Assembly (NCBI GenBank): GCA_965198225.1
Contig: CBDAOY010000009.1
Location: 1,152,001 to 1,216,000, forward strand
From: Terriglobia bacterium
Lineage (GTDB): Bacteria > Acidobacteriota > Terriglobia > 20CM-2-55-15
Length of the DNA stretch: 64,000 nt
Reading direction: 5' to 3'
Position 1 is the first letter of the stretch; each line of letters starts with the position of its first letter. A model generated the notes under the pieces. That model saw only the letters and a program-made list of their open reading frames with translations. It was not told where the DNA came from and ran no database searches. Both the position numbers and the translations under genes were made by a program. Shown here piece after piece: positions 1-9,763 of the stretch.

Positions 1-133
1 TCGACCGCCCGTTGACTTGAACCGATCCATGCTTGAGCCACTGCCGCACCTTAGTCCTCTTCACCTCAGGGCGACAGGCGAACAGAAAGGCCAGAAGTTC
101 CGCAGGGTGTTCGACAGTGTGAGATGCGGGCAT
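1..133 (-). CDS. N-terminus of probable RluA-family pseudouridine synthase (S4-like domain), runs off window
   Basis: Manual translation from ATG at 133: MPASHTVEHPAELLAFLFACRPEVKRTKVRQWLKHGSVQVNGRS; the KxxLKxGxVxVNG pattern is typical of S4 domains in RluA/RluD proteins. Confidence 0.6.
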   Translation of the reverse strand, partial: MPASHTVEHPAELLAFLFACRPEVKRTKVRQWLKHGSVQVNGRS

Positions 134-488
134 GACGCTATGTTGCGGTGAGACAGGCTCCCGAAGCCATCAAGCAATCCGTCGAACGCGACGCAGACGA
201 AAGGGCATTGTCAGGTCAACGCTACGCCGGGCGAAATGGCGGGACAAAAAGCTGCCGATCTCGCTACCTGCGACAATACACAACGATTCTTGCATATTCA
301 CGAGTCATTCAGGATCTGTTTCGAATTGGTCGGCACCGGTTGAGGGCTGTTCATCACGGGAGGCCGCGAGCACGATCTCTCAGAGTGCGGGCCGCGGCGA
401 CACCAGCCTGATTCCGGACCAGTCCGCTCTCATGCTGATTCGGGCTCGTTGACTGATCCTCAGGTGTCCGCGAGATCGGAAGACCAAG

Positions 489-908
489 TCATCGTCCATG
501 GACGAGCGTCTTCACTCCATCCTGGAAGACGACCTCGATCTTGTTGCCGCCCTTGACCGTGATCGTCACGCCGATCCCAAAGCTCGGGTGCTCCAGAACG
601 TCACCCAACTCGTAACTGTCCTGGGAGGAATAGCGCTTGGCGAGGGACATGTCTTTCCCGTTCAGGAGTTCTTGATAACGGCTCACCCGCGCTTTTCGCG
701 GTCGAGGTCCACTGGAGGCCGCTACTTTGCGCTGGCGCACTTTTTTGGGACCCTCACCTGGCTTGTGAGGCCTGTATTTGTGCTGCGCTCTGCAGGTATT
801 GCAATGGACTCGCGCCGGACTGTCGCCGACCATGGCCTCGATCGTGTGCGCCAAGATGAGTTTGCAGGCACCACACCAACTGTCAACGTCATCGCCCGGC
901 TTTAACAT
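489..908 (-). CDS. Small zinc-ribbon protein with C-terminal Tudor-like domain (DUF3553-like)
   Basis: ATG at 908 after AGGAGAG; CGAC...CNTC cysteine pairs; C-terminal GDVLEHPSFGIGV...KIEVVFQDGVKTLVH. Confidence 0.7.
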   Translation of the reverse strand: MLKPGDDVDSWCGACKLILAHTIEAMVGDSPARVHCNTCRAQHKYRPHKPGEGPKKVRQRKVAASSGPRPRKARVSRYQELLNGKDMSLAKRYSSQDSYELGDVLEHPSFGIGVTITVKGGNKIEVVFQDGVKTLVHGR

Positions 909-1366
909 TGTCTCTCCTGATAGTAGGTCACTTGATCTTCCGGATTCGAGGGGCCACGACATTATGCCCGACGGCCATCGGCACTCGATGGAACAGAACA
1001 CGGCTTCTACTTGTTTACAGCTGAAGCTGACATCAAGTTTGCGGCCGAGCCGCTCGGCCACCAGTTTCGGGTCAACCTCCAGACCGTTCATCAGCGAGGT
1101 GTGGAACCGTGCACTACCCGAAAACTGACGCATCCCAGATCCGCGTTCAAGGATGCGCGGCGCGAAAAGCGTCTGCCAGAGGTTATCGTTGCGCACCAAA
1201 CGATAAGTAAAAGCTATTTAGCCAAGTGAGTTTGATTGCTTCGTGATATTCACCCAGGTTCCCAAGCTGACGACGAAACCTCTAAGGCGTACGCCCATCC
1301 TGTGGCTCTCCCCGAGGACTTGCTGTTTGAGTTGGTAACGACTCGGGACAGTGGGCCGGGCGGGCT

Positions 1367-2455
1367 TCAGCCCGTCCTCTGCTCGAAGGCCCTCATGAAT
1401 TCGACCAGTGTGTCGACGCCTTCTTCGGGCAACGCGTTGTAGATCGAAGCACGCATTCCTCCGACCGAGCGGTGACCTTTAAGGCCGTCGAGGCCCTGCG
1501 CTGTCGCTTCCTTCAGGAACACGGCTTCGAGCTCTTCGGTCTCCAGACGAAACGTCACGTTCATGAGCGACCGGCTTCCTTCAACAGCTATCGGCCGATA
1601 AAAGCCGGAACGATCGATTTCCGCATACAGCTTTGCCGCTTTGCGCGCGTTGACCTCGCCGATCGCAGAAAGCCCGCCCCGTGATCGCAGCCATTTTACC
1701 GTCAACCCGAGGATGTACACGCCGAAGGTGTTCGGAGTGTTGAAGAGCGAATCGTTGGAAGCATGCGTGCGGTAGTCCAGCATCGACGGCAGGGTATCGC
1801 CGGAGCGCTCGAGCAGGTCTTCGCGGATGATCACCAGCGTTACCCCCGAAGGACCGAGGTTCTTCTGGGCGCCCGCGTAGATCACACCATATCGCTGGAC
1901 ATCGACCAGTCTCGAAAATATGTCCGAGGATGCGTCGCCGACGAGCGGCGTGTCGCCGACGTCGGGAAGCGCACTCCATTGGGTACCTTCAATCGTGTTG
2001 TTGCTGGTGATGTGCGCGTAAGCGGCCCCGGAGGTCAGGCTCAGCTCGCCCTGGGCCGGGATTCGCGAGTAGCCCTCGGTCATGCCGGTTCCGGCGACAT
2101 TCACCTGACCGATACGCTGGGCTTCCTTGATCGCCTTTTTCGACCATGACCCCGTATCGATGTAGTCCGCCGTCGATCCCGCCTCGAGCAGGTTCATCGG
2201 TACCATCGAGAATTGCAGGCTCGCGCCGCCCTGCAGCATGAGAATCTTGTAATTCGAAGGAACGTCGGCGAGCTCCCGGATGTCGTCCATCGCGTCGTTC
2301 AATACGGACTTGAACGTTTCGGATCGATGACTGATCTCCATCACGGACATGCCGACACCGGGCAGGGAGACAAGCTCGCGCTGCGCCTGCTCCAGGACTG
2401 GCAGCGGTAGCGCCGCCGGCCCGGCAGAGAAATTAATAATTCGATCGTGGCTCAT
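1367..2455 (-). CDS. serC: Phosphoserine aminotransferase
   Basis: NFSAGPA, MEISHRS, QGGASLQF, YAGAQKNLGPSG (PLP lysine), GHRSVGGMRASIYNA. Confidence 0.97.
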   Translation of the reverse strand: MSHDRIINFSAGPAALPLPVLEQAQRELVSLPGVGMSVMEISHRSETFKSVLNDAMDDIRELADVPSNYKILMLQGGASLQFSMVPMNLLEAGSTADYIDTGSWSKKAIKEAQRIGQVNVAGTGMTEGYSRIPAQGELSLTSGAAYAHITSNNTIEGTQWSALPDVGDTPLVGDASSDIFSRLVDVQRYGVIYAGAQKNLGPSGVTLVIIREDLLERSGDTLPSMLDYRTHASNDSLFNTPNTFGVYILGLTVKWLRSRGGLSAIGEVNARKAAKLYAEIDRSGFYRPIAVEGSRSLMNVTFRLETEELEAVFLKEATAQGLDGLKGHRSVGGMRASIYNALPEEGVDTLVEFMRAFEQRTG

Positions 2456-2727
2456 GTTGGATTTCTCAGGTTCCTTATAAGGTCGACTGACAGACGATTA
2501 TAGACCGGCCGTCCCGGTCGTGGGTTACCGAGGTATCCCGGCCGTGGATGGAGGAGTCGAAACGAATTTCCGTTTCTCTGGTATTCGGGGTGTGATCGGG
2601 AGAAATGGACAATGAGAAAAGCGTTGAGTCGGCGGAGCTGGGACGTGCCGGAGCGGGCACTGGGTCGATGGCAGTCAAGTCGGGAGTCTTGATGGTAGCC
2701 GAGGTTCTGACCTATCTGATACCGAAG

Positions 2728-2946
2728 CTATGCGACCTCAACCCAGTCGCAAACAGTGGTGGGCGCCGGAACTGCTTCACCGTCGTGCCGCATCCCTTGC
2801 AGGTCCAAGTGTATAGCCTCCCGGATTCGATACTTGGTCTCTTCAACAGTCTCGTCCGTAGCAATGCACCCGGGCAGATCGGGCACGTAAGCCGAACAAT
2901 TGTGCTCCCCTTTTTCGATGACGATTCCGTATTTCACAGAAGTCAT
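2728..2946 (-). CDS. hicB: HicB-family antitoxin (short form)
   Basis: YSAYVPDLPGC-like motif (CSAYVPDLPGCIAT...IREAI); overlaps the upstream hicA stop. Confidence 0.88.
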   Translation of the reverse strand: MTSVKYGIVIEKGEHNCSAYVPDLPGCIATDETVEETKYRIREAIHLDLQGMRHDGEAVPAPTTVCDWVEVA

Positions 2947-3128
2947 TTTAGACCTGCCTGTCTGAGAACGCTACTCAGCGTTTTGGGGTGAATGTCGTCA
3001 TTCGGATGACCGGAGATTGTGACACGCCCTGTCTTTGATGGATGTTTGTATTGACGGTGTCCTCCTTTCGAGGACACTCTACGCCAACCATCCTGTTCGA
3101 TGAGCGCCAGGACTTCGCGCACCTGCAC
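2943..3128 (-). CDS. hicA: HicA-family mRNA interferase toxin
   Basis: DGW...KGGHRQYKHPSKTGRVTISGHP...PKTLSSVLRQAGL, 61 aa. Confidence 0.9.
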   Translation of the reverse strand: MQVREVLALIEQDGWRRVSSKGGHRQYKHPSKTGRVTISGHPNDDIHPKTLSSVLRQAGLK

Positions 3129-3463
3129 GATTGGATCGGTCCGTCAATCGGATGGATTGCATGGTCGATGGGGATACCAAGGCACATCTCGAACCAACCC
3201 GCATAGCCGGTGAATCAGCGGGATGCGACCGTCAGGTGCCGAGATTGTCTGCCGTAACGCAACAGCGTTTGTCTGGGTTTCGCGACTATGTTGCGGATCT
3301 CGGTTTGCACCCTGCCACAGAGTTGTGATTATGGTCCGGTCGAGCGTGCCGCAGGTGTGAGTGCTTCTCACCTCTTGCGATACAATGGCCGCATCCGTCA
3401 CCGGTCGAAACCAAATCTGACTCCCGCAACCGCCCAACCATCTGAAGGATCGAGGAGGCGAGA

Positions 3464-5113
3464 ATGGCAACAGCGCGATACGTACTTTCTGTACCGGCAA
3501 TCCTGCTGATTCTGGCCGGCACGCTGCCCGCCGGCTTGCCGACCACTTTCGGGCAGTTCCAGCCAGGCTACGTTGATCCCGAACCTGTTCTGCAGGCCGT
3601 CGCAGCCGCGATCGGCAGCGACAACTTGAAATGCATCACGATCTCGGGGACCGGCTACACCGGCATCGTCGGTCAGCAACGGTTGAATGACAAGAATGTC
3701 GATTGGCCCGACGGCGAGCCACTGGCCAACTACACCCGCACCATGAACTGGGAAGCCGGGATCATGACCGAGGAGTTCGAACGTGAGCCGGGCCTCAACC
3801 CGGCATCGTGGAAACATGGACTGGGCTGGGTCGGCGGCACCCCACTCCAGCGGAACGCACACCAGACATTCGTGGTCAACGGCAATTACGCGTGGCACAT
3901 GGACGGGCCGGGAGGCGTTCCGATTCGGGCGCGGCCCGAAGATGCGGAGCTATGGCAGCTCGACATGTGGATGAACCCGCATGGCTTCCTCAAAGCCGCC
4001 AGGATGCCCGGTGCCAACCCGCAGGCCGTATGGCGCTGGGAGCTCGGAGAAATGGGTCGAGACGGTCCGACCAGGAACCCGGAGAAGGTCATCGTGGTGT
4101 CCATAACCGTGCTGGGCAAATACCGCGTGGATGCCACGATAAACAAAGAGAACATGCTGCAGCGGATCCACACCTGGGTTCCTGACCCCGTCCTCGGGGA
4201 CATGAATTACGAACACGAGTTCACCAACGACAGCTACGTCGATCTCGGTGGCGGTGTTCGGTTTCCCACCTCGTGGCACCACCACGAGGGTTGGGACGAC
4301 AACTACCAGGCCCAGAGCGTCAACGCCGGACACAACAGTTTCGGCGGCACCTTCGATGAAATCGAAGCGAACGTGTGTCCCGATTCCTTAGCTGTTCCCG
4401 ACGCCGTTCGCGAAGCGGCATTTGAAGTCCGGGTGGAGACCGAGAGGCTGGCGGATGGAGTGTATCTGCTCGGCGGAGGATCGCACAACAGCGTAGCGGT
4501 CGAGTTCGACGACTTCGTGACAGTGGTCGAGGCGCCCCTCGACGAGAAGCGGAACCTCGCCGTCATCGAAGAAGTCGTCCGACTCTTCCCAGACAAGCCG
4601 ATCCGGTTCCTCGTCAATACCCACCAGCACCATGATCACATCGGCGGACTCCGGACCTACATGCACATCGGTGCCACGATCATCACGCACTGGAAGAATT
4701 TCGATTTCTACACCCGCGACGTCCTGAACTACGCACAGCGGACCCTGCAACCCGACATGCTGTCGCTGTGGCCGCCGACCGAGCTCGCGGAGGGCTATCA
4801 GTATGAGCAGGTGACTGAGAACTACGTGTTGAGTGACGGTGCCCGGAACATGAACATCTATTACGTCCATCCCCTCGGCCATGTCGAGGGGATGTTGATG
4901 GCGTACCTGCCCGCTGAGAAGATCGTGATCGAAGCGGATCTTCTCGACACGAATCTGCCGCTTCCCGCGACCCCCACCGACTCCAACATGAGGTTGTACA
5001 ACCAGACCCGAGCGCTGGACCTGGACGTTTCTACCATCGTACCCATCCACGGTCAGCCGGTGCCATGGACGGATTTCTTGAAGGTGGTCGGCCGGGCCGG
5101 TGATGTGAACTAG
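3464..5113 (+). CDS. Exported metallo-beta-lactamase-fold hydrolase
   Basis: Signal peptide; NTHQHHDHIGG, GHVEG, EAD and PIHG metal-binding motifs; AGGAGG RBS. Confidence 0.85.
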   Translation: MATARYVLSVPAILLILAGTLPAGLPTTFGQFQPGYVDPEPVLQAVAAAIGSDNLKCITISGTGYTGIVGQQRLNDKNVDWPDGEPLANYTRTMNWEAGIMTEEFEREPGLNPASWKHGLGWVGGTPLQRNAHQTFVVNGNYAWHMDGPGGVPIRARPEDAELWQLDMWMNPHGFLKAARMPGANPQAVWRWELGEMGRDGPTRNPEKVIVVSITVLGKYRVDATINKENMLQRIHTWVPDPVLGDMNYEHEFTNDSYVDLGGGVRFPTSWHHHEGWDDNYQAQSVNAGHNSFGGTFDEIEANVCPDSLAVPDAVREAAFEVRVETERLADGVYLLGGGSHNSVAVEFDDFVTVVEAPLDEKRNLAVIEEVVRLFPDKPIRFLVNTHQHHDHIGGLRTYMHIGATIITHWKNFDFYTRDVLNYAQRTLQPDMLSLWPPTELAEGYQYEQVTENYVLSDGARNMNIYYVHPLGHVEGMLMAYLPAEKIVIEADLLDTNLPLPATPTDSNMRLYNQTRALDLDVSTIVPIHGQPVPWTDFLKVVGRAGDVN

Positions 5114-5119
5114 CACCAA

Positions 5120-5309
5120 AAACTCCCTCCTTGGAGAAGGAGGGGTGGATGCGCCGCCAGGCGCAGACGGGGTGGTTTGTTCATGATCAGACCCATTCCT
5201 GTTTCGGCTCGCGCCAGTGCCACCTCTCCTCATTTCAAGAAGGGGAGGTTCTTGATCAGCACCACCCCGGCGCTTCGCGCCACCCCGCCTCATCTGAGGA
5301 GGGGAGTTT
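5120..5309. repeat. Composite palindromic intergenic repeat (REP-like, CCTCC/GGAGG hairpins)
   Basis: Ends AAACTCCC...GGGGAGTTT; three related internal hairpins; GGGGTGG/CCACCCC arms. Confidence 0.65.
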
Positions 5310-5584
5310 GGACCTCACCTACTCACACTCCGGCCCCTCTTTGGTCCAAGAAACTTGATTAGTTTTCCGTCCGCATCCTGGACCTGAGTTGGGTGGGCGT
5401 TCGGGGATCTTTACGAGTAACTGACCAGCCCACAGCGGTGGTCGGCGTCGGAAGGGTCGAAGCGCCGATTTGTTTAAAGGACGGAACGTCCTCAGCCGAA
5501 CATAAGACTGAGGGCAGTGCAAACGTCCGGAAAAACATCGATCCGGGCGAGAAGTCCGGACAACTTCGCTGTTGTGAGCTTGCC

Positions 5585-6901
5585 ATGATCAACATTCATC
5601 TGAACCCCAGGGTTCGCAATGTCGGCGTCTCGCCGACCGTGGCCATCAACGATCTTTCCAATGAGCTCCTGCGTGACGGCCGGAATGTTTTCAAACTGGG
5701 GTTGGGCGAATCGCCTTTTCCGGTGCCCGATTCGGTCGTGGAAGCGCTGCGGGCCGCGGCCGAGGAGAAGAGCTATCTTCCGGTAAAAGGTCTGCCGGAA
5801 TTGCGGGAAGCCATCGCCGACCACCACCGGCGGGAGTTCGACGTGGAGTGCGATCCCGAAGACGTGTTGATCGGACCGGGATCGAAGGAACTGATGTTCC
5901 TTCTGCAACTGGCCTACTACGGCGACTTGATCATCCCTTCTCCGTCATGGGTCTCCTACGCGCCCCAGGCCGGTCTCGTGGGCCGCAAGATCCATTGGGT
6001 GGAGACATCCAGCGAGAACAACTGGCTGATCACGGCCGAAGAGTTGGAGGCGGTGTGCTCGAGGAATCCGACCGAGCCGCGGTTGATGATCATGAACTAT
6101 CCGTCGAACCCGACCGGCCACACCTATACCCAGGATCAGTTGAAAGATCTGGCCGAAGTTGCCCGCAGGCACAACATCGTCCTGCTCTCGGACGAGATCT
6201 ACGGGAAGCTGCATCACGATGGCGCGCACGAGAGTATTGCCCGCCTCTACCCGGAGGGAACGATCTTCAGTGGGGGCTTGAGCAAGTGGTGCGGCGCCGG
6301 AGGTTGGCGTCTGGGTGTCTTCGTATTTCCGCCGGGCCTGCGCTGGCTTCTGGACGCGATGGCGGCGGTGGGCAGCGAAACGTTCACTTCGACGTGTAAT
6401 CCCGTGCAGCGGGCAGCGACCTGTGCGTTCAGGGAGAATCCCGAGATTGACAATTACCTGCGCGATGCGCGTCGAATCCTGAAAGCGCTGGGATCGGAAA
6501 TGGCCGGGCGGCTGAAGTCGGTCGGAAGCCGGATCGAGAGTCCGGAAGGGGGGTTCTACCTGTTTCCCGATTTCTCACCCTTTCGGGAGAAGTTCCATCA
6601 GCGCGGGATCGAAACCAGCAATCAGTTCTGCGGACACCTTCTGGAAGACACCGGAGTCGCGATCCTGCCGGGCAGCGTCTTCGGGCGTCCCGAAAACGAA
6701 TTCACGGCACGCCTCGCTTACGTGGATTTCGACGGCAGGGCAGCCTTGAAGGCGGCTTCCCGCATTCCCCCGACCGAACCCCTCGGCGACGCGTTCCTCG
6801 AGGAACATTGCGGCCGAATGCTCGACGCCGTAGACCTGATCAGCGGATGGGTCGGTTCCAATCACGCGGTCCGGGATCGGGTGGCCGTCAGGATTTCCTA
6901 G
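5585..6901 (+). CDS. PLP-dependent class I/II aminotransferase (aspartate aminotransferase-like)
   Basis: GLPELREAIA, NYPSNPTG, SDEIY, GLSKWCGAGGWRLG. Confidence 0.92.
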   Translation: MINIHLNPRVRNVGVSPTVAINDLSNELLRDGRNVFKLGLGESPFPVPDSVVEALRAAAEEKSYLPVKGLPELREAIADHHRREFDVECDPEDVLIGPGSKELMFLLQLAYYGDLIIPSPSWVSYAPQAGLVGRKIHWVETSSENNWLITAEELEAVCSRNPTEPRLMIMNYPSNPTGHTYTQDQLKDLAEVARRHNIVLLSDEIYGKLHHDGAHESIARLYPEGTIFSGGLSKWCGAGGWRLGVFVFPPGLRWLLDAMAAVGSETFTSTCNPVQRAATCAFRENPEIDNYLRDARRILKALGSEMAGRLKSVGSRIESPEGGFYLFPDFSPFREKFHQRGIETSNQFCGHLLEDTGVAILPGSVFGRPENEFTARLAYVDFDGRAALKAASRIPPTEPLGDAFLEEHCGRMLDAVDLISGWVGSNHAVRDRVAVRIS

Positions 6902-6919
6902 CGCCGCAACGGCGAGCCT

Positions 6920-7948
6920 TTACCGAAAGACTGACTTCTCGATCGTCGCGTGGATCCCCTTCGTTCCGTCCACAAACTGGGTCACGCTCAAATCGACCGC
7001 CAGCGAGCAGACGATGTAGGCGTCATCCCGGCTCAAGCCTTTTTCATTCACAAGAAAATCGATCATTTCACGCGTGGCGATCCGCACCGCCTCCTCGAGG
7101 TTGGGATGCAGCCCCATCGACATGTAGTGGGTGGGTGTTTCCGCCCGCGGCCAGCGGATCGACGCGTTCTTGTGCAGGATCACCTGGACGGTGCCGCGCA
7201 TTGAGGTCTCCAGTGCCGTCACCGTGATTTCGCCGTCCCCCTGCATGGCATGCCCGTCACCCATCGACAACAGCGCGCCCGGTACGTGGACCGGTGTGTA
7301 CAGCGTCGTTCCGGCCACCAGCTCCTTGTTGTCGAGGTTACCGACGTGGGGACCCGGCGGGCCGCTGCTGATTCTCCCATTCAGCGGGTTTGGAGCGACG
7401 CCGATCGACCCGAAGAAGGGCGCCAGCCGCGGCTTGACTCCGGGCGCGATCTCCGCCGTCCCCTCCTCGAGATCGAATCGAATCAGTCTCAGGCTGGAGT
7501 AGGGGAAATCGTCGGGCAGCGTCCCGGCACCCGGGATGAAGCCTCCGATACCGAAGGGATGCAGAAACTCGAAGTCCAGGATGCGGACCTCGAGCATGTC
7601 GCCCGGCTCGGCGTCGGTGACGTAGATCGGTCCGGTCAACGGATGGGCTCCCGGTCCCCGGTCCGTCACGGCTTCCTCGACGACCTTGAGCGCTTCGGGA
7701 ATCTCGTCTTCCCCCGCACCGGCCATGTAGAGCCGTTCCAGTCCGCGTGCGATAAGAGCGTCGACTACAACGGTGTCGCCGGAGTCGATCCTCAGGACGG
7801 GTTCCAGCCGGCCATCGTAGTATCCCCAGTGAACGTTTTCCGGCACGAGCTTCAGTTCATGCGTGTTCTGCGGAGGCTCACCCGATCCACTCTTGTTCAA
7901 GGCGGTGAGGACGAGGATAAGCAAAAGTGGAAGACGTTTGCGTGTCAT
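6920..7948 (-). CDS. Acetamidase/formamidase family protein, exported
   Basis: HPLTGPIYV..AEPGD, GNLDNKEL, GDGHAMQGDGE; N-terminal signal peptide. Confidence 0.9.
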   Translation of the reverse strand: MTRKRLPLLLILVLTALNKSGSGEPPQNTHELKLVPENVHWGYYDGRLEPVLRIDSGDTVVVDALIARGLERLYMAGAGEDEIPEALKVVEEAVTDRGPGAHPLTGPIYVTDAEPGDMLEVRILDFEFLHPFGIGGFIPGAGTLPDDFPYSSLRLIRFDLEEGTAEIAPGVKPRLAPFFGSIGVAPNPLNGRISSGPPGPHVGNLDNKELVAGTTLYTPVHVPGALLSMGDGHAMQGDGEITVTALETSMRGTVQVILHKNASIRWPRAETPTHYMSMGLHPNLEEAVRIATREMIDFLVNEKGLSRDDAYIVCSLAVDLSVTQFVDGTKGIHATIEKSVFR

Positions 7949-8092
7949 GTCGTTTCTCTCGATCTGTTTCGTCAGTTGAGACATCGACCGGAATCGTTTG
8001 AGCTTTTTGAGCGCTCGCTTCCGGATCGTGATTTGTTCTTCGGTATGGTACTGAATCAGGAGGGACCTGTGTTGAGTTTGTGGAAATGCTCA

Positions 8093-8257
8093 TAGTGGCC
8101 TGTAACAGTGCTATCGGCCCGAAGGGTTCGGCGGAACGGCGCCGTCTTCGGTGTCGTAACGCCCTCGCAATGAAACAGCATTGGCTCGGGCGCCACTCCT
8201 AGAATCCGACGCCGTTCGGCCGAACGCTGGTACCGATAGCACTGTTACAGGTCACTA
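8093..8257. mobile_element. MITE-like hairpin element, copy 1
   Basis: 25-bp terminal inverted repeat TAGTGGCCTGTAACAGTGCTATCGG / CCGATAGCACTGTTACAGGTCACTA (1 mismatch); core shared with 35852-36117. Confidence 0.75.
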
Positions 8258-8398
8258 GATGGTCGCTCGGTGCCGCAACTGCGATCGAAGAAAACGAAAG
8301 AATCCGACGTGACAGGGCCGACGCTGTTATCCTCTCAGATTGACTGTTCCGCAGGCGCAGAGCCCTTCCCGGAGTCCAAGATGGAGTAACTGTGGCGG

Positions 8399-9763
8399 AT
8401 GCCTGCGCGTACATACTATAGAGTGATGAAAGAAACCGACGGCCTTGCTGCTGCCGGAGAGGAAACTCAGGTCGGCAGCGTCTTCGTATCGAATTACCCC
8501 CCGTTCTCCGTCTGGACGAAGGAGGGCGTGGAGCGTGCGGCCCGGCCCTCGCTCGAGCAACGGCCTGCGTCCGGCGTTCCGCTGGGTCTATACCTGCATA
8601 TTCCGTTCTGCCGAAAACGTTGTCACTTCTGCTATTTCCGCGTCTACACCGACAAGAACGCCGAAGAAGTCGAAAACTACATCGACCTGCTGGTTCGTGA
8701 AATGGAGTTGTACTCCAGGACCCCGGCGATCGCGGGTCGCGACGTCAACTTCGTCTACTTCGGCGGGGGCACCCCTTCGTTTCTCTCGTCGCAGCAGCTC
8801 GAAGGCCTGGTAATGCGGTTGAAGGCGGCGGTACCGTGGGAGGGAGCCGAGGAGATCACGTTCGAGTGCGAGCCCGGCACCTTGACGGAAACGAAACTCG
8901 CTACGATCCGAGACCTGGGTGTCACGCGTCTGAGCCTCGGTATCGAGAACTTTGATGACCACATTCTCGAGATCAACGGACGCGCGCACCGTTCAGCGGA
9001 AATCTTTCGGGCTTACGAACGGGCCCGGAAGCTCGAGTTCTCACAGCTCAACATCGACCTGATCGCCGGCATGCTCGGAGAGACGGACGACAACTGGCGT
9101 GGGGTGATCGAGAAGACGCTCGAACTCGCTCCCGACAGCATCACGATCTACCAGATGGAGCTGCCCTTCAACACGACCATCAGCGGAGATCTCCTCGAGG
9201 GGACCGGTCGGTTCGAAGACGCGCCCGCCGACTGGGCGACCAAGCGCCGGTGGATGGGAGAAGCCTTCGAGGCCTTCGAGCAGGCCGGCTACGAACTCGG
9301 AAGCGCCTACACGGCGGTGAAGGATCCGGCCCGAACGAGCTTCGTCTACCGGGATCGGCTGTGGCAGGGAGCCGACCTGGCCGGTCTGGGAGTCGCCTCG
9401 TTCGGACACATGAACGGTGTCCACATGCAGAACTTCGATCGTTGGGAGACCTACGGCGAAGCGATCCGGGGTGGCACGATCCCCCTCGGGCGCGCCTACC
9501 GCCCCGACGACGAGGAGCGGATGATCCGCGAATTCATCCTGCAGCTCAAGAAAGGTTCCGTCCGACCCTCGTATTTTGCCGGAAAGTACGGCGTGAAGAT
9601 CCTGGAACGGTTTCGAGAACAATTCGACCGTCTCGAAGATGACGGCTTTCTTTCGCGGGCGGATGAAGACGCCGTTGCGCTGACGCGTCAAGGGTTGCTG
9701 AGGGTGGACTCGTTGCTGTCTGGTTTCTTCCTGCCTGAGCACGCCGGGATTCGCTACACGTGA
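8399..9763 (+). CDS. HemN/HemW-like radical SAM enzyme
   Basis: LYLHIPFCRKRCHFCYF (CxxxCxxC), YFGGGTPS, RLSLGI, NIDLIAG. Confidence 0.92.
   Translation: MPARTYYRVMKETDGLAAAGEETQVGSVFVSNYPPFSVWTKEGVERAARPSLEQRPASGVPLGLYLHIPFCRKRCHFCYFRVYTDKNAEEVENYIDLLVREMELYSRTPAIAGRDVNFVYFGGGTPSFLSSQQLEGLVMRLKAAVPWEGAEEITFECEPGTLTETKLATIRDLGVTRLSLGIENFDDHILEINGRAHRSAEIFRAYERARKLEFSQLNIDLIAGMLGETDDNWRGVIEKTLELAPDSITIYQMELPFNTTISGDLLEGTGRFEDAPADWATKRRWMGEAFEAFEQAGYELGSAYTAVKDPARTSFVYRDRLWQGADLAGLGVASFGHMNGVHMQNFDRWETYGEAIRGGTIPLGRAYRPDDEERMIREFILQLKKGSVRPSYFAGKYGVKILERFREQFDRLEDDGFLSRADEDAVALTRQGLLRVDSLLSGFFLPEHAGIRYT

Noticed and set aside
1266-1282. CTGACGACGAAAC as a hammerhead ribozyme core
   Set aside because: No stem II between CUGANGA and GAAA, and no flanking stems found
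5393-5584. Long N-terminal extensions in the ORF track (5393, 1199, 13008, 17382, 18572, 61762)
   Set aside because: Downstream starts have an RBS and/or signal peptides and match family N-termini
8093-8257. MITE-like hairpins as integron attC sites
   Set aside because: Ends (CCTGTAAC/GTTACAGG) do not fit RYYYAAC/GTTRRRY, there is no cassette array and no IntI
8260-8398. Riboswitch upstream of the radical SAM operon
   Set aside because: No SAM, cobalamin or other aptamer consensus recognisable by eye
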